Assembly: GCA_046328125.1 (NCBI GenBank)
Contig: JAXLXF010000010.1
Coordinates: forward strand, 87,808-151,807
DNA length: 64,000 bases
Reading direction: 5' to 3'
DNA from: Chloroflexota bacterium
Lineage (GTDB): Bacteria > Chloroflexota > UBA6077 > JACCZL01
A program made the position numbers and the translations under genes. Below the pieces are notes generated by a model, which worked only from the letters and a program-made list of their open reading frames with translations, was not told the DNA's origin and searched no databases. Below are positions 40,963-48,201 of the stretch, piece by piece. The first letter of the stretch is position 1. Each line of letters opens with the position of its first letter.

Positions 40963-42507
40963 TTATAGCTCCTTGATCGCCTCCTGCACGTCCTTGTTCC
41001 ACTTGTCCAGCTCGGCCTTGATGTCGGCCTTGTTGAACATGACCGCTTCGAACGCGCGCAGGAAGCCCTGCGAGCGTTGGACGCCGGTCAGCGTCTCGGG
41101 CTCGGACTTGACGAGCGGCGTCGCCTCCTTCGCCATCTTCGACCAGACCTCCGCCTCGGGCAGCTTCTTGAGGGCCGGGAACTTGTCGGCCCAGCCGGCC
41201 ACCGGCGGGAGGATGCCGCTGTCGAACAGGTCGGAGCCGTGGGTGTCCGCCGCGAAGTGCAGGAAGCGGAACGACGCCTCCTTGACCTGCGACTTCGAGA
41301 AGACGCCGTAGCTCCAGCCGGGGCCGCTGAAGTAGAGCGGCTTCTGGGGGTTGATCTGCGGCGCGAGCAGGTTCTTGATGTTCTGCCAGCTGTCCGGCGC
41401 GAGCTGCTTGAACGTGCCGTACGCCCACTGGCTCATGCCGGTCGTGGAGGAGGTCTCGCCCTTCGGCAGCTTCGCCGAGCCTGACTCCTTGTCCTGGGGA
41501 CGCAGCATCGAGGCGCCGTACTTGAAGACGTAGTCGTACAGGTTCTGCATCGCGGCGACACCCTGCTCGGAGTTGAGCAGCGAGGTCTTGCCGTCGTCGG
41601 AGACCATCTTGCCGCCGGCCTGGCGGAAGTACGGCTCCCAGAAGGCGAACAGTCGGTCAGGGCCGTAGCCGTGCTGGATCATGAAGCCGTCGCGGGTGAT
41701 CTGACCGTTGGCGTCCTTCTTGGTCATCTTCGCGGCCCACGGCCCGAGCTCCGCCCAGGTGATCGGCGTCTGCTGGTACTTGGCGATGTCCGCGCCGATG
41801 CCGGCCGCCTCGGCGTCCTTGCCGTTCACGAACAGGTTGACCGGGATGGCGGTCCACTCCATCGGGATGCTGAAGTCCTGGCCGCCGATCCGGATCGCGT
41901 CGACGATCCCCTTCTCCCAGAACTTCTCCCAGCCGTCCTTGCCGCCCCAGGGGGTGTAGTCCACAGGCGCGTAGACGCCGGCCTTCGCGAACTTGAGCAG
42001 GAAGGTGTCGGTCGCCTCGAAGATGTCCGGCCCGGTCCCGGACGCGATCTGCGGCAGCATCTTCGTCTTGTAGTCGTCGTCCCGCTGCACCTGATAGTCA
42101 AACTCGATGTTCAGCTTCTCTTTCGCGGACGGGAAGACGATCTCCTTGTACGCCTTGTCGGTCGGGTCGTACTGGTGGCGCCAGTAGACGATCTTGGTGG
42201 GTGGCGCGCCATTCGACGGCTTGGCGGCGCCGGCGGCAGCGGTGGTGGGCGGCGCGGCAGCGGCAGCGGCGGCCGGCTGGGTCGCCTGGGCCTGGGCGGC
42301 TGGCGCGGCCGGGTTCGCTGCCGGCGCAGCCGGCTTGGCGGCCGGAGCGCTGGTCGCGGCGGGCGCGGTCGGGGCAGCTGCCTGGCCGCACGCGGCGAGC
42401 AACAATCCGCCGACGGCGAGACCGCCAGTGCGTAGCAGCGCGCGCCGCGAGACGACGCGGCCTGAGACTGTGGAGCGGAAGTACGTCACGATCTCCCTCC
42501 CATTCAC
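40963..42507 (-). CDS. ABC transporter extracellular solute-binding lipoprotein (family 1, sugar/organic-acid type) with Tat signal and ~70-aa Ala/Pro tether
   Basis: SRRALLRTGGLAVGGLLLAACG combines a twin-Arg signal with a lipobox. A long A/P-rich linker follows, then an SBP_bac_1-like body. Confidence 0.85.
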   Translation of the reverse strand: MNGREIVTYFRSTVSGRVVSRRALLRTGGLAVGGLLLAACGQAAAPTAPAATSAPAAKPAAPAANPAAPAAQAQATQPAAAAAAAPPTTAAAGAAKPSNGAPPTKIVYWRHQYDPTDKAYKEIVFPSAKEKLNIEFDYQVQRDDDYKTKMLPQIASGTGPDIFEATDTFLLKFAKAGVYAPVDYTPWGGKDGWEKFWEKGIVDAIRIGGQDFSIPMEWTAIPVNLFVNGKDAEAAGIGADIAKYQQTPITWAELGPWAAKMTKKDANGQITRDGFMIQHGYGPDRLFAFWEPYFRQAGGKMVSDDGKTSLLNSEQGVAAMQNLYDYVFKYGASMLRPQDKESGSAKLPKGETSSTTGMSQWAYGTFKQLAPDSWQNIKNLLAPQINPQKPLYFSGPGWSYGVFSKSQVKEASFRFLHFAADTHGSDLFDSGILPPVAGWADKFPALKKLPEAEVWSKMAKEATPLVKSEPETLTGVQRSQGFLRAFEAVMFNKADIKAELDKWNKDVQEAIKEL

Positions 42508-42618
42508 CAGGGCGACCGACTCGGGACCGATTTCCGCGAGTCAGATCGCCGATCTCCCCTGGCAGATCCCGGCTGGCCTTGCCTCTCCTCGCCAGCCGAT
42601 CTCAGCTCTGTCGTGCAT

Positions 42619-43494
42619 CTACCCTTTCAGACCAGACATCGCGGCCCCGCGAATGAACTCGCGTTGCAGGATCAAGAAGAGAATCAGCACCGGCAGCGTC
42701 GCGATCACCGAGACGGCGAGCAGCTGGCCGTACTCAGGGATGCGCTGCCCGCCCATGTAGAAGACCATCCCGAGCGGAATGGTGCGCATCTCGTCCTGGT
42801 TCACCACGACCAGCGGCCAGAGGAACGAGTTCCACGAGCCGGTGAAGCTGAAGATCCCGAGCGCCGAAAGCGCGGGACGGCACATCGGCAGCATGATCGT
42901 CCAGAAGATGCGCGGCTCGCTGGCCCCGTCGATGCGCGCCGCGTCCATGTACTCCGATGGCAGCGAGAGAAAGAACTGCCGCATCAAGAACGTGCCGAAC
43001 GTCGTGGCAAGCCCCGGCACGATCAGGCCGGCGTAGGTGTTGACCAGCCCCAGCTGCTTGATGATGAGGAACGTCGGGACCAGCGTCACCTGGATCGGCA
43101 GCATGATCGTGCTGAGGATGAACAGGAACACGATGGTGCGGCCCGGGTAGTTGAACTTGGCGAGGCTGTACCCGGCCATCGAGCAGAGCAGCATCGGCGA
43201 CGCGGTCTGGGCCAGCGAGACGATCATCGAGTTCAGGAAGTAGCGCCCGATGTTCTTCTGGAACGGCAGGACGTAGTTCTGCCACTGCGGCGACGACGGC
43301 ACCCAGACGATCGGCACGGCGAAGATCTCGGCCTCCGGCTTCAGCGAGCCGACGATCGCGAACGCCATCGGCAGCAGCATGAAGACCGAGAAGAGGAGCA
43401 GGATGCCGTAGAGCACGCCGTAGCCGAGCAGCTTCGCCACCGAGATCCGGCGCTTCGGGGCCGTCGCGACGGGCAGGCGGAGTGCAGCGCTCAT
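42619..43494 (-). CDS. ABC transporter permease (MalG-like)
   Basis: Six TM segments. The EAA loop is EYMDAARIDGASEPRIFWTIMLP. Confidence 0.9.
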   Translation of the reverse strand: MSAALRLPVATAPKRRISVAKLLGYGVLYGILLLFSVFMLLPMAFAIVGSLKPEAEIFAVPIVWVPSSPQWQNYVLPFQKNIGRYFLNSMIVSLAQTASPMLLCSMAGYSLAKFNYPGRTIVFLFILSTIMLPIQVTLVPTFLIIKQLGLVNTYAGLIVPGLATTFGTFLMRQFFLSLPSEYMDAARIDGASEPRIFWTIMLPMCRPALSALGIFSFTGSWNSFLWPLVVVNQDEMRTIPLGMVFYMGGQRIPEYGQLLAVSVIATLPVLILFLILQREFIRGAAMSGLKG

Positions 43495-43519
43495 AGACTC
43501 TCGATCCGAACGGTCGTCC

Positions 43520-44407
43520 TCATAGGTCCTCAGTCCGGAAGATGCGCAGCTGGATCAGCGAGAGGATCACCAGCGCCACGAACAGCACCATCGAGACGGC
43601 GGCGGCGCGGCCCATCTCCAGGAGCTCGAACGCGCGCAGGTAGATCTCGATGGGGATGACCCGCGTGGCATCAGCCGGGCCACCCCGCGTGAGCACGTAG
43701 AACGAGTCGAACGCCTGAAACGCGTTGATGAGCGCGATGATGACCACGAACATCATCTGCGGGCGCAGGAGCGGCAGCAGGATGTGGCGCACGCGCGCCC
43801 AGGAGCCGGCCCCGTCGATAGACGCGGCTTCCAGGTACTCGCTGGGGATGCCGAGCAAGCCGGCGAGCAGGATGATCATGTAGTAGCCCGTCGATTTCCA
43901 GAGATCGACCAGGATGATGCTGGGGAGCGCCAGGACCGGGCTGGTCAACCAGGGTACCCCCGTCGGGAACCACGGCGAGACCATCTGGTCGAGCAGGCCG
44001 CGCGGATAGAATAGGGTCAGCCAGATCAGCGCGGCGACGACGGTGGTCATGATGACCGGGAAGTAGAAGGTCAGCTCGAACAGGTGGCGGAAGCGCGGCA
44101 GTGAGTACAGCACCAGCGCCAGGATCAGCGCCACCAGCACCAGCGGGACCGTTTGGGCCACCACGAAGATCGCGGTCACCTTGAACGAGGCGAGGATGCG
44201 GTCGTTCGTGAATATGTAGGCGTAGTTGTCCAGGCCGATCCAGCGTGGCGGGTTGAGCAGGTCGTACCGCTGGAACGAGATCTGGGCGGCCATCAGCATC
44301 GGGTAGAGGCGCAGCCCGAGGAACAGCAGCAGGACCGGCAACACAAAGGCGACGCCCCACGCCTGTTGAGCCGTACGGTAGGTGAAACGCGGCTTCCGGA
44401 CCGGCAT
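43520..44407 (-). CDS. ABC transporter permease (MalF-like)
   Basis: The likely start is M24 of the track ORF (MPVRKPRF...). The EAA loop is EYLEAASIDGAGSWARVRHILLP. Confidence 0.85.
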   Translation of the reverse strand: MPVRKPRFTYRTAQQAWGVAFVLPVLLLFLGLRLYPMLMAAQISFQRYDLLNPPRWIGLDNYAYIFTNDRILASFKVTAIFVVAQTVPLVLVALILALVLYSLPRFRHLFELTFYFPVIMTTVVAALIWLTLFYPRGLLDQMVSPWFPTGVPWLTSPVLALPSIILVDLWKSTGYYMIILLAGLLGIPSEYLEAASIDGAGSWARVRHILLPLLRPQMMFVVIIALINAFQAFDSFYVLTRGGPADATRVIPIEIYLRAFELLEMGRAAAVSMVLFVALVILSLIQLRIFRTEDL

Positions 44408-44556
44408 CCCGGCGTCGGCGCGGTGGGCGAGCGACGATTGCTCGATCGTGGTGGACCCCCTGACGCTGGTGCACAAACGTTTTTGTAACGCCGTCGGGAG
44501 AGGATAGCTCCGGCACCGGTGGTCGTCAAACGACGCGCTCGTATGCTGGTATGCCG

Positions 44557-44592
44557 AGGCGCCTCACCCGCCGGTGTGCGGGTGAGGCGCCT
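44557..44592 (-). terminator. 15-bp perfect-stem hairpin downstream of the citrate synthase gene
   Basis: AGGCGCCTCACCCGC-cggtgt-GCGGGTGAGGCGCCT lies ~75 nt after the stop at 44666. Confidence 0.55.
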
Positions 44593-44665
44593 GCCCGGGG
44601 GTCAGGGCGATTGCACCACGGCAGAGAGTCCACGGCCCGCGAGGGTGTGCGCGTTTGGCGTGGTG

Positions 44666-45817
44666 TCAGGGGCGCTGGTCGAGTGGCACGAACGTCTGCG
44701 CTCGCGGCCCGACGTACTTGGTGCGCGGGCGGATGATCCGGTTGTGCTGGTACTGCTCGATGGCGTGCGCCGACCAGCCGACGATCCGGGCCGCCGCCAC
44801 GAAGTTCGTGAACAGGTGGAGCGGGAAGTCCAGGTAGTAGAGGGCAGCGGCGGCGTACAGGTCCACGTTGGCGACCAACCGCTTCATCGAGCGGACGTAG
44901 TCCTCGGTGCCGAGGGCGATGTCCACCCAGGTGGCATCCTTGGTGGTCGATCGCTTCGCCAGCTCGCGGCACATGTTCCTCAGGTGTGGGGTGCGAGCGT
45001 CGCCGGTCTTGTAGACGCGGTGCCCGAATCCTGGGATCAGGCGTCGCTCGGCGAACGCCTTGTCCACCCACGGTTTGACGTTCTCGACGTTGCCGATCTC
45101 CTGAATCAGGGCGATCGAGTCGTCCGCGGCGCCGCCGTGGGCCGGCCCTTTGAGCGCGCCGATGCCGGCCACGATCGCGGAGTGCAGGTCCGAGTTGGTC
45201 CCGACCACCACCCGCACCGCGAACGTCGAGGCGTTCATCTCGTGCTCGGCGTACAGGTTCATGGCCGTTTCGAGGGTCCGGATCGAGGCATCGTCGGAGC
45301 ACTCGCCGTTCAACATCAGCAGGAAGTTGTCCACGTGCCCGAGTGAGAGATCCGGCTCCACGATCGGCTTGCCCTGGATGACCCGGTTCTGGGCCGCCAC
45401 GATGGTGGCGAACTGGGCGGTCATGCGGGCCGCCTTGGCGCGATTCGCCGGGTGGCTGTTGTCCTCTTGCTGAGGATCGAAGCAGCCGAGCATCGACACG
45501 ATGGTCCGGAAGGCGGCCATCGGGTGGATGCCTTCGGGGAGCCCCTGGATCGTCTCGACCACCTTCGGGTGGAGGGTGCGGGCCGCCCGCAGCTCCTGGT
45601 CGAAGGCGGCCAGCTCAGCCTTGTTGGGGAGGTGGCCTTCGAGCAGCAGGAAGGTGATCTCCTCGAAGCTCGTCGTCTCGGCGATGTCGTGGATGTTGTA
45701 GCCGCGGTACTCCAGGACGCTGGGGTCCGAGAGGCCGTCCAGGAAGGTGATCGACGACTCGCAGGCCAGGACGCCTTCGAGGCCGGAGATGACCTGCTCG
45801 GTGCCCGCGCTCATCAT
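44666..45817 (-). CDS. Citrate synthase / 2-methylcitrate synthase family protein
   Basis: 383 aa. Contains GLEGV.ACESSI..LDG....L.YRGY.I.D and catalytic His/Asp contexts (HAEHEMNAST, GFGHRVYK, D at ...RTKYVGP region). Confidence 0.9.
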   Translation of the reverse strand: MMSAGTEQVISGLEGVLACESSITFLDGLSDPSVLEYRGYNIHDIAETTSFEEITFLLLEGHLPNKAELAAFDQELRAARTLHPKVVETIQGLPEGIHPMAAFRTIVSMLGCFDPQQEDNSHPANRAKAARMTAQFATIVAAQNRVIQGKPIVEPDLSLGHVDNFLLMLNGECSDDASIRTLETAMNLYAEHEMNASTFAVRVVVGTNSDLHSAIVAGIGALKGPAHGGAADDSIALIQEIGNVENVKPWVDKAFAERRLIPGFGHRVYKTGDARTPHLRNMCRELAKRSTTKDATWVDIALGTEDYVRSMKRLVANVDLYAAAALYYLDFPLHLFTNFVAAARIVGWSAHAIEQYQHNRIIRPRTKYVGPRAQTFVPLDQRP

Positions 45818-45963
45818 GTCCTCCAGTTATGTGCCGAGGTGGGTGTCACTCACTTGAAGTCCGAGAAGTATACGTCGGGCTTCCTGCCGCAAGAGCTCGG
45901 GCCGAGGGTTGAAACCCACGTCCTCCCTCCTTCAGTTGCTCCGCGACGACCAGACTGTCCCCG

Positions 45964-46035
45964 GCGTGGCATAGCCACGCACCAATGGTAGACGTGGACT
46001 TCAGTCCACGGCCCGGTCTGGCGGCCCGGTCTGGC
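45964..46035. repeat. Cluster of short structured repeats upstream of citrate synthase
   Basis: GCGTGGC-ata-GCCACGC lies at 45964..45980 and CGTGGACT-tc-AGTCCACG at 45993..46010. A tandem 13-mer GGCCCGGTCTGGC x2 lies at 46010..46035. Confidence 0.8.
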
Positions 46036-46300
46036 CCTCTCTGACGCCCCTCTCTGATGGGCCGGCCTGACGGCCGGATCGTACGCATGAGAACCACGCC
46101 CGAGTTGTCGACCTGGGAACACCGCCAACGTCTGCTCGGCGACGGCCTGGCACTGCCTGAGACCCGTACGCTGAAGGTGCGGGCGGTCACGACGGTGTCG
46201 GCCAGACGGCAACGGGGGCGCACCGACGTGACCGATCCCGCTCGACAGATCCGCCCGCGAAGCTCGCCAGAGCATGCGAGGCCCCAGAAGGAGAACCACC

Positions 46301-46447
46301 ATGTTGATCGACGAGATTCTGCGCGCGCTGCGCGACCCGGAGTACCGCGCGCAGCTGACGAACGAAGTGCGTGGCGCCCTGCCGGACAACTACGTCCACG
46401 GCGCAGAGCAGTCCGAATCTGACCAGGAGCTGGACGGCGACGCCTGA
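46301..46447 (+). CDS. 48-codon small ORF resembling a class II lanthipeptide (mersacidin/lichenicidin-type) leader peptide, without a core
   Basis: Not in the ORF track (<60 aa). A strong SD (GAAGGAGA) lies 7 nt upstream of the ATG. Translation: MLIDEILRALRDPEYRAQLTNEVRGALPDNYVHGAEQSESDQELDGDA. A GC-rich hairpin follows at 46461..46508. Confidence 0.45.
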   Translation: MLIDEILRALRDPEYRAQLTNEVRGALPDNYVHGAEQSESDQELDGDA

Positions 46448-46530
46448 TCGCCGCCTGCAAGCCCCCTCCCCGCCAGACCGGGCGCCGCCCGGCAGGGGCA
46501 GGGGGGCATCGGCAGCAGCACTCCGTACCA

Positions 46531-46593
46531 TGACTGCTGACTCCTGACTCCTGACTCTTGACTCCTGACTCCTGACTCCTGACTCTTGACTCC
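46531..46593. repeat. Tandem heptanucleotide array (TGACTCC)x9, reverse complement a rotation of CAGGAGT
   Basis: Nine contiguous 7-nt units are present: 6 x TGACTCC, 2 x TGACTCT and 1 x TGACTGC. The array lies between the small ORF and the GS-like gene. Confidence 0.9.
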
Positions 46594-46772
46594 TCGCAAA
46601 ACCGTGACCCACGGCCGCTCGCCGTGCGCATACTTCGTTAAGCGATGTTGTGCGCCACGTGCACGCTCCGGCTCGTCCGATGGGAGACGTCAACCGACGT
46701 ACGGATGAGGCGGCCCGGGCCAGTACAATGGGCGCACCCGGGGCCTGCCCGGGCGAGGAGGCTGCCGTGGCG

Positions 46773-48122
46773 ATGGCCGACGTCCTGAGCAAGCTCCGTA
46801 CGACTGACGTTCAGCTCGTCCGGTTTCTGTATTGCGACAACGCGGGCGTCATCCGGGGGAAAGCCTCCCACAGCGACGGCCTCGAAGGCCGGATGCACGG
46901 CGGCATCGGCCTCACTGTGGCGATGCAGGCGATGAACCTGCTCGACCAGCTCCAGGCCGTCGAGGGGATGGGACCGGTCGGCGAGATCCGCCTGATCCCC
47001 GATCCTGACACGTTCGTCGTGCTGCCGTACGCGCCGCGCTCGGGCTCGATGCTGGCGGACATGCAGACGCGCGACGGTGAGCCGTGGGCGGCCTGCCCGA
47101 GAAGCTTCCTGAAGCGGATGATCCGACGGGCGACCGAACAGGGGCTCCAGATCAAGGCCGCGTTCGAGCCGGAGTGGTCGCTGGCGGTCCGCGTGGACGA
47201 CCGCTACGTGCCGTTCGACGAGTCGCTCTGTTTCAGCACGGTCGGGATGCAGACGGCGGCGGTGGTGATCGACGAGATCGTCGAGGCGCTGGGCAAGCAG
47301 GGCATGCGGGTGGAGCAGTACTACCCGGAGCTGGGGAGCGGCCAGCAGGAGCTCTCGATCGGGTACACGCCGGCTCTGCGGGCGGCTGACAACCAGATCC
47401 TGTACCGGGAGACGGTCCGGTCGGTCGCGTTCAAGCACGGCTACTTCGCCTCGTTTGCGCCGAAGCCGTGGCCAGACCAGGCCGGCAACGGCTGTCACCT
47501 GCACCTGAGCGTCTGGGATCCAACCGGCGAGGAGAACCTGTTCTTCGACGGGCGGGCGCCGTATCAGCTTGGGCAGCTGGGGCGCTACTTCGCGGCCGGC
47601 CTGCTGGCGCACCTGCCGGGGCTGATCGGGCTGACCTGCCCCAGCTACAACAGCTACCACCGTCTCCAGCCGAGCATGTGGAGCTCGGCGTTCACCTGCT
47701 GGGGGCCGGACAACCGCGAGGCAGCGGTTCGGGTGGCGAGCACCTACGCCGGCCAGGAGATGCGCTCGATCAACCTCGAGTTGAAGTCGTCTGACAACAG
47801 CGCCAACCCGTACATCGCGCTCGGCGGGGTGATCGCGGCCGGGCTGGACGGGATCAACCGGCAACTGGAGCTGAGCGACGACCAGTTGATGCTGGCGGAC
47901 CCGGCCACCCTCTCGGTCGAGGAGCGCGAGGAGCGGGGGATCGCGCGGCTGCCGGAGTCGTTGTCGGCGGCGCTGGACGCGCTGGAGGCCGACGAGGTGC
48001 TGACGGAGGCGCTGGGGCCGCTCCTGTCAACCGCGTACCTGGCGGTGCGGCGGTCGGAGTGGACGGCGTTCTCGGCGCAGGGCTCGGCGTTCGAGCACAA
48101 GCACCACTTCTGGAAGTACTGA
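46773..48122 (+). CDS. Glutamine-synthetase-family ligase (GlnA-like / gamma-glutamyl ligase type)
   Basis: The likely start is M42 of the track ORF (MADVLSKL...), preceded by GAGGAGG. Contains a beta-grasp N-domain and the catalytic-domain motifs KPWPDQAGNGCHLHLS and ...NRE.AVR..., ending in LE.KS.D.SANPY. Confidence 0.85.
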   Translation: MADVLSKLRTTDVQLVRFLYCDNAGVIRGKASHSDGLEGRMHGGIGLTVAMQAMNLLDQLQAVEGMGPVGEIRLIPDPDTFVVLPYAPRSGSMLADMQTRDGEPWAACPRSFLKRMIRRATEQGLQIKAAFEPEWSLAVRVDDRYVPFDESLCFSTVGMQTAAVVIDEIVEALGKQGMRVEQYYPELGSGQQELSIGYTPALRAADNQILYRETVRSVAFKHGYFASFAPKPWPDQAGNGCHLHLSVWDPTGEENLFFDGRAPYQLGQLGRYFAAGLLAHLPGLIGLTCPSYNSYHRLQPSMWSSAFTCWGPDNREAAVRVASTYAGQEMRSINLELKSSDNSANPYIALGGVIAAGLDGINRQLELSDDQLMLADPATLSVEEREERGIARLPESLSAALDALEADEVLTEALGPLLSTAYLAVRRSEWTAFSAQGSAFEHKHHFWKY

Positions 48123-48144
48123 GCACTGGTAGACCAGGGTGCCA

Positions 48145-48173
48145 CGTTGAGGGTCACCGATGGACCCTCAACG
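48145..48173. terminator. 11-bp-stem hairpin between convergent GS-like and hypothetical genes
   Basis: CGTTGAGGGTC-accgatg-GACCCTCAACG. Confidence 0.55.
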
Positions 48174-48201
48174 CAGCATCTCGCCGTATCGCCGGTTCGG
48201 C

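Noticed and set aside
44472-44485. CACAAACGTTTTTG with a perfect AAACGTTT core lies ~65 nt upstream of the ABC permease start and resembles a LacI-family operator half-palindrome.
   Set aside because: Only 5 of 7 arm positions are symmetric. No LacI-family regulator is encoded in the window. It lies inside the alternative upstream extension of the permease ORF. The evidence is too weak for a feature call.
45827-45919. 30-codon GTG-initiated uORF (MGFNPRPELLRQEARRILLGLQVSDTHLGT) with an upstream AGGAGG. It ends 9 nt before the citrate synthase start.
   Set aside because: It is a short GTG-start ORF in a GC-rich genome, with no recognisable motif and no conservation data. It could be a translational-coupling leader, but the sequence alone does not support it.
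46448-46540. Possible read-through of the TGA at 46445, giving a core peptide (SPPASPLPARPGAARQGQGGIGSSTPYHDC) after the leader-like small ORF.
   Set aside because: The sequence has only one Cys and is Pro/Gly/Ala-rich. It coincides with a GC-rich hairpin and runs into the heptamer array. Nothing in the sequence supports recoding. I kept it only as a note under the small-ORF finding.
46390-46792. Track ORFs translating the heptamer array as SQESGVRSQESGV... repeats (46390..46599, 46187..46792, 45846..46631).
   Set aside because: A period of 7 nt means the apparent peptide repeat simply cycles through all three frames. There is no start or RBS support, and the ORFs are antisense to the small ORF and the GS-like leader.
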